Shown here one piece after another: positions 8,988 to 17,823 of a stretch of 64,000 nucleotides of DNA; positions within the stretch are counted from its first letter, which is position 1; each line of letters begins with the position of its first letter. The position numbers were made by a program, and so were the translations under genes. Under the pieces are notes generated by a model. That model saw nothing but the letters and a program-made list of their open reading frames with translations. It had not been told where the DNA came from and made no database searches. Source of the DNA: Planctomycetota bacterium (lineage in GTDB: Bacteria; Planctomycetota; Planctomycetia; Pirellulales; Pirellulaceae); NCBI GenBank assembly GCA_039200505.1, contig JBCCSJ010000002.1:2462-66461 (forward strand), in the 5' to 3' direction.

Positions 8988-10874
8988 ATGTTCCGGATAT
9001 GTCTCGCCACCATTTTGTTGGTCCTACCGTTCATCAGCCAATCATTGGGCCAGTTACCGGCCGGCTCATTGGAACAACAATACCAAAAGCGTTCGGTCCG
9101 AATTCCGATGCGTGACGGCAAGACTTTGTTCACCGTCATTTATGAACCGCGAGATCAATCGCGGAGCTATCCGATTTTGATGAATCGGACTCCCTACAGT
9201 GTTCGACCCTACAACGATAATCAATTTCCAGGTCGCATCGGTCCATCAGCAACGATGGAAAACGAAGGTTACATTTTTGTCCGCCAGGACGTTCGCGGTC
9301 GCTGGATGTCAGAAGGTGATTTCGACAACATGCGACCAAATATCCCGGGGAATAACGATCAAATTGACGAAAGTTCGGATACCTATGATACTGTCGACTG
9401 GCTGATCAAGAACGTCGCTAACAATAACGGGAAGGTCGGGATTTGGGGAATCTCATACCCAGGATTTTATTCTGCAGCCTCCTTGCCGGATCATCATCCA
9501 GCATTGGTTGCCGCGTCACCCCAGGCACCTATTTCAGACTTCTTTTTTGATGATTTTCATCATCATGGGGCCTACCTGTTAAGTTATTTTACGGCGACTT
9601 CGACTTTTGGATATCAACATAGTGGTCCGACTTCGTCTCAGTGGTACAGTTCGATTCGCCCCAATTCAGATAATCCTTGGAAGTATTACCTTGAAGATCT
9701 AGGTCCGATGAGCCAGGCTGGCAAGCTGTTTGATGAGTCAAATTTTTTCTGGCAACAATTGGTAGAGCATCCGAATTACGACGAGTTTTGGCAAAAACGA
9801 AGTATTTTGCCTCATCTCAAAGGCATTCGAACGAATGTGCTGACGGTTGGCGGCTTGTTTGACGCTGAAGACCTGTACGGGCCTTTTAACATCTATCGCG
9901 AAATTGAAAAAAACAATCGGGATACATTCAACGCTATCATCATGGGTCCGTGGAGCCATGGGGATTGGGCTCGCCTGAACCCCTATGCCGTCGTTGGAAA
10001 GGTAGCTTTTGGGAAAGACGTTTCCAAATTTTATCAGGAACAAGTTGAAGCTCCGTTTTTCAGACATTTCTTAAAAGGCGAAGGATCCGCACCTGATTTT
10101 GAGGCCTTGATGTACGACACCGGAATTCGGGCTTGGCGAAAGTTTTCAAAATGGCCCCCAGCGGATGCGAAAACTGTCAAACACTATCTGGGTGCGGACC
10201 AGAGCCTTTCAACAGATCCGCCAACAGATGGTGGTGTGGATGAATCAAGTTTCGTGAGCGATCCAGCCAATCCGGTACCTCATCGTGCGATGGAAGATCT
10301 GGAAATTCGTTTTACACCCAGGCCTTACATGTCTGATGATCAACGATTTGCATCAGAACGAGACGATGTATTGGTGTTTCAAACCGAACCCCTCGTCGAA
10401 CCCGTTTTGATTACCGGTGATATCTTGGCCAAGCTTAAGGTTTCAACCAGTTCCGACGCCGCTGATTGGGTCGTCAAGTTGATCGACGTTTATCCAGCTG
10501 ATCATCCTTTCGTGGAAGGCTCCAGCCCTGACATGATTTTTGGAGGTGGGCATATGATGATTCGCAGTGAAGTCATTCGGGGGCGGTTCCGAAACAGCTA
10601 TGAAAAACCGGAACCTTTCGTTCCAGGAAAAATTGCTGAAGTGAATTTGCCGCTTCAAGATGTCTGCCACACGTTTAAGGCGGGGCACCGCATCATGATT
10701 CACGTTCAAAGCACTTGGTTTCCGTTGATCGACCGAAATCCACAGAAATACGTCGACAATATCTTTAAGGCGAAAGCAGAGGACTTTGTGAAAGCAACTC
10801 ACAAAGTTTATCATCGACCCGGTGCTGAAAGCTGGATCGAACTTAAGCATTTCCCGATTCCGGAAAACAATTGA
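8988..10874 (+). CDS. CocE/NonD-family hydrolase (S15 X-Pro dipeptidyl-peptidase-like), secreted
   Basis: Signal peptide MFRICLATILLVLPFISQSLG from ATG 8988. Nucleophile elbow GISYPGFY (GxSYxG). The N-terminal alpha/beta-hydrolase plus C-terminal beta-sandwich length (~630 aa) is typical of the family. Confidence 0.75.
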   Translation: MFRICLATILLVLPFISQSLGQLPAGSLEQQYQKRSVRIPMRDGKTLFTVIYEPRDQSRSYPILMNRTPYSVRPYNDNQFPGRIGPSATMENEGYIFVRQDVRGRWMSEGDFDNMRPNIPGNNDQIDESSDTYDTVDWLIKNVANNNGKVGIWGISYPGFYSAASLPDHHPALVAASPQAPISDFFFDDFHHHGAYLLSYFTATSTFGYQHSGPTSSQWYSSIRPNSDNPWKYYLEDLGPMSQAGKLFDESNFFWQQLVEHPNYDEFWQKRSILPHLKGIRTNVLTVGGLFDAEDLYGPFNIYREIEKNNRDTFNAIIMGPWSHGDWARLNPYAVVGKVAFGKDVSKFYQEQVEAPFFRHFLKGEGSAPDFEALMYDTGIRAWRKFSKWPPADAKTVKHYLGADQSLSTDPPTDGGVDESSFVSDPANPVPHRAMEDLEIRFTPRPYMSDDQRFASERDDVLVFQTEPLVEPVLITGDILAKLKVSTSSDAADWVVKLIDVYPADHPFVEGSSPDMIFGGGHMMIRSEVIRGRFRNSYEKPEPFVPGKIAEVNLPLQDVCHTFKAGHRIMIHVQSTWFPLIDRNPQKYVDNIFKAKAEDFVKATHKVYHRPGAESWIELKHFPIPENN

Positions 10875-10964
10875 TCCGTTGTCGGTCAAGTGTTCTCGTT
10901 GGCTCGAAAGTGGCATCAGGACGGTTGTCGAAACTGGAATGGTAGTCTTCGCAGTGAATCGAAC

Positions 10965-11012
10965 CGGGCGAATCAATAGTCGGGCGAATCAATAATCGGA
11001 CGAATCAAAAAA
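10965..11012. repeat. three tandem 16-bp direct repeats abutting a start codon
   Basis: cgggcgaatcaatagt / cgggcgaatcaataat / cggacgaatcaaaaaa are contiguous and end 2 nt before GTG 11015. A weaker half copy (gtgaatcgaac) lies just upstream. Confidence 0.8.
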
Positions 11013-11014
11013 AC

Positions 11015-12010
11015 GTGATAAGTCGGCTGACAATTCGAGGGTGCGGCCTGGCTGGCGTTTTATTGGGTTGGCGATTGTGGCAGCGTGGAGTCACGTTTCG
11101 GCTCGAAGGGCGTAAGGATGTTGGAGCGTCGAAAGCTGCCGCCGGTTTGGTAAATCCTGTTACAGGCAAAGGGATGAATACCAGTTGGCGGTTGTCAGAA
11201 TTTTTACCGGAAATGAAAGCCTTTTACGGTGAAATCGGTGCCTTGTTGGGGCAAAACTATTTTTACGAGAAACCAGTCCTGCGTATTTTTTCCGATGAAA
11301 AAGAGCGACAAAAATTTCTCAAGAAGAGGGTTCAATTGAAGCCATGGATTGCCAAAGTTCATCCGATTTTGCCTCACATGAAGCATGGGCAATGGGGTGG
11401 AGTTCAATGGCATAGTGGTGGTTGGCTGAATGTTCGAGCGTTCGTCGAGGATTCGCTTGAATTTTTTGAAAGGGAGTGTCCCGGGTTTACCGAACCGAAT
11501 GCAACAGTTTACTGCGAAGGTGCCAAGGGGTTGCAATCCGGACCGTTTTCATTTTTGCCTCAGCGACTTGCCAAAGGACAGATCGTAGAAGTTACCGTAC
11601 CTGGTTGGAATGAAAATGCGATTTTGAATCGAAACGGCTGGTGCATTCCGATCGGAGGTGATCGCTATCGAGTTGGAGCGACTTACGAGTGGGATGATCT
11701 CGATGATGAGCCATCAGAACAGGGGCGATTGGAATTGGAACAACGCGTGGCCCAATTCACTGATATCGCGTTCACTGTTGTGAAACAGGTGGCCGGAGTA
11801 AGACCGATTATCCGAACGAGCCAACCGGTTATTGGCAGGCATCCCGAAATAAACGACGCGTTTGTGTTGAATGGATTGGGATCCAAGGGTTGCCTTTACG
11901 GACCCAAGGTTGCCCGAGAGTTAGTCAGTCACTTGTTGGATAATCAGGAATTGGATCCCGACCTGGATATCAAGTTTTTGATGGATCGAAGATCCCAACC
12001 CGAAACGTAA
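11015..12010 (+). CDS. FAD-dependent oxidoreductase (DAO/glycine-oxidase-like superfamily)
   Basis: N-terminal dinucleotide-binding motif (TIRGCGLAGVLLGWRL), ~330 aa, and a C-terminal GLGSKG motif typical of DAO-type flavoproteins. The last codons and the stop lie inside the first unit of the downstream repeat. Confidence 0.6.
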   Translation: MISRLTIRGCGLAGVLLGWRLWQRGVTFRLEGRKDVGASKAAAGLVNPVTGKGMNTSWRLSEFLPEMKAFYGEIGALLGQNYFYEKPVLRIFSDEKERQKFLKKRVQLKPWIAKVHPILPHMKHGQWGGVQWHSGGWLNVRAFVEDSLEFFERECPGFTEPNATVYCEGAKGLQSGPFSFLPQRLAKGQIVEVTVPGWNENAILNRNGWCIPIGGDRYRVGATYEWDDLDDEPSEQGRLELEQRVAQFTDIAFTVVKQVAGVRPIIRTSQPVIGRHPEINDAFVLNGLGSKGCLYGPKVARELVSHLLDNQELDPDLDIKFLMDRRSQPET

Positions 12011-12540
12011 GTGAGGGACTTGGAGGCAAGGTTTAAATTCGTCAAGTAATTTGTTATACCTCGCTAACGCATCGGGTAGTGAAACTTGAAGAAAAAGAAA
12101 ACATTGGCGTCAGGCAAAGTTTGACCTTCAAGTGTTGATGCCTTGTTTGGATCCCGCTCGGCAAGCGGGACGTACAGCACGCACCGTTTTGATCTCGCTC
12201 GTTAAGCAAGACAGTAGGCACCTTTTGCCGAAAGGTGCTTTGAACACAAATCCTAACCCGAAACGTAAGTGAGGGACTTGGACACAAGGCTTTACTTAAT
12301 CAAGTAATTTGCTATTCCTCGCTAACGCATCGGGTTGTGAAACTTGAAGAAAACAACGGTGTCAAGCAAAGCGACTGGTAACCACTGGTAACCGGTAGAT
12401 GACTCGTTCGGGTCCCGATCGGCAAGCGGGACGTACAACAGTAAGCACCTTTTGCCGAAAGGTGCTTCCGATCTGCCGATCAATGGAACACAAATCCTAA
12501 CCCGAAACGTAAGTGAGGGACCTGGACGCAAGCAATAACC
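11997..12540. repeat. tandem composite repeat (2 full units of 258 and 244 bp plus a partial third), each unit carrying two hairpins
   Basis: Unit heads AACCCGAAACGTAAGTGAGGGAC at 11997, 12255 and 12499. Conserved blocks: CAAGTAATTTG.TAT.CCTCGCTAACGCATCGGGT.GTGAAACTTGAAGAAAA; hairpin TCCCGCT-CGGCA-AGCGGGA (12152-12170; second copy 12413-12431); hairpin GCACCTTT-TGCCG-AAAGGTGC (12218-12238; 12445-12465). Confidence 0.9.
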
Positions 12541-12573
12541 CTGATTATCGGTTGCCCGACGGATCAAACCTGA

Positions 12574-13092
12574 TTAAGGCGCGTTCTTTTTGAGTTTTCT
12601 TTGTAGCGTTCGTCTTGGAATGTCCAGTCGTCGGGCAGCTTCGGAGATATTTCCTTTAGAGTCTGCCAAAACACGTTGGATATGTTCCCACTGGGCTTCG
12701 GCAAGCGAGGGCGGCTTGATTTCAGGTGTCGGTGTTCCGGGCTGGTCGTTGAACGCGGCTAAGACTTGGTCAGCATCGGCAGGTTTGGGTACGTAGTCGA
12801 CCGCTCCAATTTTGACTGCTTCGACGGCGTTAGTGATGCTCCCGTATCCGGTCAAAATCACGCATCGAGTGTCCGGCGAAACTTCCCGCAGATCGGAGAG
12901 AAGTTCCATGCCATTCTTTCCGGGCATTTTTAAATCTAGCACTGCTCGATTGGGCTGGTGAATCTTGGCCAATTCGATCGCTTGGTCGTAACCTTCGGCA
13001 ACAAACACCCGAAAACCTCTTCGTATGAATGACTTTTCAAGTCGATTTCTTAAAACGTCGTCATCATCGACAACAAGAATGGTTTCATGCAT
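12574..13092 (-). CDS. regA: RegA/ActR/PrrA-type response regulator (receiver + short Fis-type HTH)
   Basis: 172 aa. Receiver (ILVVDDDDVLRNRL, AVLDLKMPG, YVPKP) and the C-terminal HTH GNISEAARRLDIPRRTLQRKLKK characteristic of RegA/ActR. Confidence 0.85.
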   Translation of the reverse strand: MHETILVVDDDDVLRNRLEKSFIRRGFRVFVAEGYDQAIELAKIHQPNRAVLDLKMPGKNGMELLSDLREVSPDTRCVILTGYGSITNAVEAVKIGAVDYVPKPADADQVLAAFNDQPGTPTPEIKPPSLAEAQWEHIQRVLADSKGNISEAARRLDIPRRTLQRKLKKNAP

Positions 13093-13296
13093 GGGGCTTG
13101 CTTTCGCAGTTTAATCGTCGACCAGATCATCGCGAATTAGACAGAATCCCAAACGATTAGTTCTGTCTTAATTTGGTCGGTGTTCCAAAGATACCACAAC
13201 GTTATTCTAGCCGCTAACTGGGCGGCGGTTGAGTGTTTCGTGGTATTAATTCGGAATCGTTGATTCATTATTGGCGTTTCAATTGGAAAGGTTGCA

Positions 13297-14667
13297 CTAT
13301 TTGGGAAGTCGGACTGTGACTTTGGTTCCTTTGCAAATGGTCGATTCGATTTCGACACTTCCTCCAAGTCGCCGCACAACATTCTTGGCTAGAAAAACAC
13401 CCAATCCCATCCCTTTACCAGGTTCTTTGGTTGTGAAGAACGGCTCAGAAACTCGTCGAAGCTGGGCTGCTGACATTCCTTCGCCTCGATCGCGGATGAT
13501 CCAATTCCATGATGAGTCGGTCTCTTCTATTAGGACTTGTATCTTGTTACCTTTGGGATCGGAATCGATGCCGTTTTGAACCAAACCGCGAATCGCTTGG
13601 CTTAATCCATCGAGTGGAACTTTGAGCTTATGGGAGGATGCTGATTCCGGATGCTTGATTTCTAGTCGATCCGGTTCTTGGATCCCATCAATGATGGCAT
13701 TGGTGATTTCTTCGATGGTGACGATTTCGAGCGATTCCCCGATCGCCTGTCCGGCGTGACTGGCCATGCGATCGATGATGGCTCGGCAGCGATCAAGTTG
13801 GCTTCGAATCAGGTGAACGTCTTCGGCAATATCTTCGGCACCGGGAAAATCGGGTTGATGTTTTTCGAATGCATGCTCGACGTCTCTGGCAACAACGGCG
13901 ATCGTGCTTAACGGGGTCGCTAACTCGTGTGCTGTACCGGCTGCCAAGGTACCGAGAGCTTCGATTTTGTCCGTATTGGCTTGCAGATCTTGAGCTCGGC
14001 GGACTTCTTGTTGCTGAATTTCTAAGGCGTCGGTCAGTCGGGTAATAAAGTAGACGATAACGCTCGAACAGGTCGCGAACGCAAACAGCGTCCCAACGTG
14101 TTGAATAGAAACGTCTTGACGAGTGCGAATGGCAAACAGTCCAGCATCCAGGTCATCCACCTGATGATGTTCAAACATCAATCCGAAAAAACAGAATAGC
14201 CCCAGTAGATTGATGGACCATGCCCAGCGGCGATTGAGCATCAATGCTGACAGGCTTAGATTGACGAAAAAGAACAGGGAAAAAGGGTTGTTCGGTCCGC
14301 CTGAAGAAAATAGCAAAGCGGTCAATGACAGCATGTCCATGATCAGAACGAGCCCAAGAATCAAATTCCAAGGGAGAGGGGAAATCTCGGCTTGAAGGTC
14401 TTGGTCGATCTGACGCCAACGACGAAACCAGATCGTTAAAAAAAGGTTTGAGATCACGGTTAAGCCAATCACAATACCCATCGGCCAAATCATAGGAATT
14501 TCGATTTGGAATACGAATTCTGAACCCAAAATTGTTCCAACTTGCCCCACAACTGCGACCCAACGAAGTTTTAAAAGCCACGATGCGTTAAGAAAATTTT
14601 GATTGGACAGATTGACCGAGGGCTTGTTGTCGGAGGCAAGATTGTCGACGGGGGATTTGATATTCAT
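13297..14667 (-). CDS. regB: RegB/PrrB/ActS-type redox-sensing histidine kinase
   Basis: Six predicted TM helices. GGPNNPF matches the RegB GGxxNPF quinone-site heptapeptide. H-box LGTLAAGTAHELATPLSTI. A Cys flanked by Arg (SQLDRCRAII) lies between the H-box and the ATPase. G boxes RDRGEGM / GMGLGVFLAKN. Confidence 0.85.
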   Translation of the reverse strand: MNIKSPVDNLASDNKPSVNLSNQNFLNASWLLKLRWVAVVGQVGTILGSEFVFQIEIPMIWPMGIVIGLTVISNLFLTIWFRRWRQIDQDLQAEISPLPWNLILGLVLIMDMLSLTALLFSSGGPNNPFSLFFFVNLSLSALMLNRRWAWSINLLGLFCFFGLMFEHHQVDDLDAGLFAIRTRQDVSIQHVGTLFAFATCSSVIVYFITRLTDALEIQQQEVRRAQDLQANTDKIEALGTLAAGTAHELATPLSTIAVVARDVEHAFEKHQPDFPGAEDIAEDVHLIRSQLDRCRAIIDRMASHAGQAIGESLEIVTIEEITNAIIDGIQEPDRLEIKHPESASSHKLKVPLDGLSQAIRGLVQNGIDSDPKGNKIQVLIEETDSSWNWIIRDRGEGMSAAQLRRVSEPFFTTKEPGKGMGLGVFLAKNVVRRLGGSVEIESTICKGTKVTVRLPK

Positions 14668-14829
14668 GGCTAAAGTTTATCGTCAGGCCGATTCCCAACA
14701 CCAGCTGTGATCGAAAGCTTGAAATAGTCAGCAACAACCGTGTTACTGCACTCAGCCAATAGCTGAACGAAACTTGCTTATTTAGTACGATATTTTACTT
14801 CACTTGCCATTTGTTGAATCGATTATCCG

Positions 14830-15456
14830 ATGACGATACGACAGCAGTCCAAAGAAGAAGAACAGTCACCCATTCTCAGCCATCGAGGACTGACGATTAT
14901 GCTGTTCTTGATGTGCGTTATTCCGGTCGGCACGATATTTTTGCTTTGGAATTACATGCCTCAGGTTCACGAAGGCCAGCTGGAAGCCAACGTCATTGCC
15001 GTCGGATTACCAGAAACCGAATTTTACCAAGGTGACTATAAAAAACGCCCCGAAGTGGAATCCGGGTCCATCATTGTCCAAAACAAAAGCAACGTGGATT
15101 GGACTCATTTGAATATTCAGGTCAACGGTCACTATAGTATTTATGACATCGAAAAGATTCCCGCTGGTGGGGAAAAAGAGTATCTCTTGAGTAAATTTTT
15201 GAACCGGACTGGGGCTCGTTTCAGTTTGCGATACAACGAGTTGGCCCGGGTGCGAATTTATGCAAGACGTCCAACCAAGGATCGTGCCACTTACGCGCAA
15301 ACATTTGACACATACGGGGATTACAGCCCCAAGTTTTTCCCGGTGATTATTCTGCTTTTGACCTTTCTGGTTTTATTGACACTGGCATCTCTGATGTTTC
15401 GCCGAATGTGGTTGGCCAGTGAAAAAGAGTCAGCTCAAATGGCATCTCAGGTTTAA
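14830..15456 (+). CDS. hypothetical membrane protein (2 TM)
   Basis: 208-aa ORF with an N-terminal TM (IMLFLMCVIPVGTIFLLW) and a C-terminal TM (FFPVIILLLTFLVLLTLASLMF). No recognisable domain. Confidence 0.5.
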   Translation: MTIRQQSKEEEQSPILSHRGLTIMLFLMCVIPVGTIFLLWNYMPQVHEGQLEANVIAVGLPETEFYQGDYKKRPEVESGSIIVQNKSNVDWTHLNIQVNGHYSIYDIEKIPAGGEKEYLLSKFLNRTGARFSLRYNELARVRIYARRPTKDRATYAQTFDTYGDYSPKFFPVIILLLTFLVLLTLASLMFRRMWLASEKESAQMASQV

Positions 15457-15658
15457 CAGTTTCGCAGGAAAAGAATTCTGGTCGTTTTTTGGCGTCTTTA
15501 CCATCAGCCCGGTTCTGATGAGCTAGGCATTGGTAGTGGATCTGGTCTCACAATTTCTCACGTAGTCTTTTGTTGGGAAAATTGGAGACTTGCCGAGACC
15601 GAACCAGTTTGAAATAATTTTGTAGATCTTTTTTCCAAGCCTCAATGCGAGGGACTCC

Positions 15659-16561
15659 ATGGCCGAAATCCTGGTCGTTGAAGACTCTTCAGTGGATCGT
15701 ACTCTAATAGGATCCTTGTTGGCCCGGCATCCGGACTGGCAACTCAAGTACGCGAACGATGGGCAGGAAGCCATCAACATCTTGGACGTTCCGGCAGATC
15801 ATCATGGTCTTCCAGATGTCATTTTGACCGATTTGCAGATGCCCCGAGTGGATGGGCTGGAACTGGTGAGTTGGATTCGCGACCATCATCCACAGATTCC
15901 GGTTGTTCTTGTGACTTCGTTTGGATCTGAAAAAATTGCGGTAGAGGCATTGCGAGCGGGCGCGACGACTTATTCGCCCAAGTCACTTTTGAAAACCGAC
16001 TTGGTGCGTACCGTTCGTCAAGTCATGCAAATGTCCCAGAGGATGAAATACACTCACGACACGCACTTTATTCCTGCACCCAAACAGGTAGCGTTTGTTT
16101 TAGAAAATGATTCGCTGCTGATTGGTCCCACAATCGAACATTTGCAGAACAACTTGCCAAGTTGGTCGGACAAGGATCGACTGCAGTTTGGGATGGCGAT
16201 GGACGAAGCGTTGACTAACGCGATGCATCATGGAAACCTCGAGGTGGATTCGAGTCTTCGGGAAGTCGAAGATGAGCAAATGTATTATGAGTTGATCCGC
16301 AAACGGCGGGATATTTCTCCTTTCTGTCACCGTCGAGTTCGCATTGAAGCAGAATTTTCGGATCAACATATATGTGTTCAGATTTCTGATGATGGACTGG
16401 GGTTCAACCCAAAGAGCATCCCCGATCCGACGTCGGACGAAAATTTGCACAAATTAAGCGGCCGCGGGTTGTTTCTGATTCGAGCCTTCATGGATTCAGT
16501 GGCTCACAATTTGATGGGCAATCAGATTACGATGACAAAACTTCGCAAGGTTGAGGCTTAA
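15659..16561 (+). CDS. response-regulator receiver fused to an RsbW/SpoIIAB-type (HATPase_c_2) Ser-kinase-like ATPase
   Basis: Canonical receiver (ILVVEDSSVDR, VILTDLQMP, VVLVTS, YSPKS). The C-terminal half carries an anti-sigma-kinase-type N box (DEALTNAMHHGN) and G boxes (SDDGLGF, GRGLFLIRAFMD). No HisKA H-box. Confidence 0.7.
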   Translation: MAEILVVEDSSVDRTLIGSLLARHPDWQLKYANDGQEAINILDVPADHHGLPDVILTDLQMPRVDGLELVSWIRDHHPQIPVVLVTSFGSEKIAVEALRAGATTYSPKSLLKTDLVRTVRQVMQMSQRMKYTHDTHFIPAPKQVAFVLENDSLLIGPTIEHLQNNLPSWSDKDRLQFGMAMDEALTNAMHHGNLEVDSSLREVEDEQMYYELIRKRRDISPFCHRRVRIEAEFSDQHICVQISDDGLGFNPKSIPDPTSDENLHKLSGRGLFLIRAFMDSVAHNLMGNQITMTKLRKVEA

Positions 16562-16823
16562 TAAGGTTTCAGGCCTTGTTGTGGTGCTGGTTTTCGGTCT
16601 GAACTCCACAGTGGATTTGCATGGCCATCATTTGGTGCTGAAATCCAAGACCAATGCCGTTCGTGCCAGTGAAAAGGTAGTAGCGGAAAAGCTTTGGTTT
16701 TTAACCTTCCTCACAAGTAGATCGACGCTCCGATTCGAAATAAGCCAACGTGGGAGAACGGTTCTTTTGGCGCATCAACCGACTCTCTATTGGCTCGTTT
16801 CGATTTCGAATCTTACTCTATTC

Positions 16824-17759
16824 TCAGAAGTCTCCTAAAGTTTCACCGCCACGACGGGAACCGAGACCTTGCCAAATTTCGAGGTTGATATTTTCGTCGA
16901 AGAATCGAGTCGAACCGTCGCCCATGAATCCATTCACACCCCCAGGATGAAAGCTATTAAAGGCAATCTCTCTGGCGACATTATTCATTTCACTAAAGTT
17001 GTTGGGTGGATAAAAAGTCGACCCGAGTACTTCCGAGAAATCGCTTCCCAATCCGCTATCGAAGTTTGGATGATAGAAAAGAAACCGGTCGCTGATCGAT
17101 GTACCTTGGTTCGGATCCAGGCCATATTCTGCTTCTGAAATGTAAAGCGTATTCGACTGGCCATCTAGGTTGTGCCGAAAATTAAGCCCCGGTCGAACGT
17201 CGGCAGTACGGTGTTCTACTGCCAGGAACATTCCGTTGGAAGTTGCCATTCCCATCCCGGTTCGGTTGTCGGATTCGGCGTCACCTCCGGCGCAGGCAAG
17301 GTAGTGATTGATGGCACGCCCCTCGATGCCATTGATGTTGCGACCTTCCGTTTCAGGGCTTGGGTTGGTCGGGCAGCGAAACGTGGGGACTGGGGTTTGT
17401 GCCAGGGCAACAAGTTGGACGCTTCGGTCGTCGGTTCCTGCCCACCACCCATCATCACTCCATGGTTTGGCCGATACCTGGTAAAGATTATTCGAATCCA
17501 TGTAGGGCAGAATGTCGAGCGTCCAAGAATGTCCCCAGCCTGCTCGGGCACCCGGTGGAAGATATTCGTAGGTATCGTGGTGGTTGTGTGCTGCCAGGCC
17601 AAGCTGTTTTAAGTTGTTTAGGCACGTTGTTCTTCGGGCGGCCTCACGGACCTGTTGAACCGCGGGAAGTAGCATTCCGATCAAGATCCCAATGATGGCA
17701 ATAACGACTAATAATTCGACAAGGGTAAACGCAGAACGGAATGAATTGCGATTTTTCAT
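16824..17759 (-). CDS. DUF1559 (H-X9-DG) protein with type IV pilin-like N-terminal methylation motif
   Basis: ATG at 17759 gives MKNRNSFRSAFTLVELLVVIAIIGILIGMLLPAVQQVREAARR (prepilin cleavage/methylation site). C-terminal HPGGVNGFMGDG matches H-X9-DG. This is a hallmark planctomycete family. Confidence 0.9.
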   Translation of the reverse strand: MKNRNSFRSAFTLVELLVVIAIIGILIGMLLPAVQQVREAARRTTCLNNLKQLGLAAHNHHDTYEYLPPGARAGWGHSWTLDILPYMDSNNLYQVSAKPWSDDGWWAGTDDRSVQLVALAQTPVPTFRCPTNPSPETEGRNINGIEGRAINHYLACAGGDAESDNRTGMGMATSNGMFLAVEHRTADVRPGLNFRHNLDGQSNTLYISEAEYGLDPNQGTSISDRFLFYHPNFDSGLGSDFSEVLGSTFYPPNNFSEMNNVAREIAFNSFHPGGVNGFMGDGSTRFFDENINLEIWQGLGSRRGGETLGDF

Positions 17760-17823
17760 TTTGATTTCTTTCAGTTTAGTTCGTGTGATTGGAGAAGTTT
17801 TCAACGACCGATGTTGGAATGTC

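Noticed and set aside
10443-10976. 177-aa ORF antisense to the 3' end of the S15 peptidase gene
   Set aside because: It overlaps a well-supported CDS and has no recognisable domain. It extends into the intergenic region only because no stop codon happens to occur there.
11997-12540. Possible CRISPR array
   Set aside because: The repeat period is ~250 bp, not 25-40-bp repeats with unique spacers. The units are homologous along their whole length, and there are no cas genes in the window.
12054-12567. Two minus-strand ORFs (77 and 81 aa; 12054-12287 and 12322-12567) in the oxidoreductase/regA spacer
   Set aside because: They are in-phase translations of the tandem DNA repeat (both contain SLTFRVRICV) and run straight through two hairpins. 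They have no start context and their composition is not protein-like. I treat them as repeat artefacts, not genes.
16551-16950. Two short plus-strand ORFs (95 and 66 aa) between the REC-ATPase gene and the DUF1559 gene
   Set aside because: One overlaps the 3' end of the DUF1559 CDS, and neither has a motif or coding-like composition. The region is best treated as a convergent 3' spacer.
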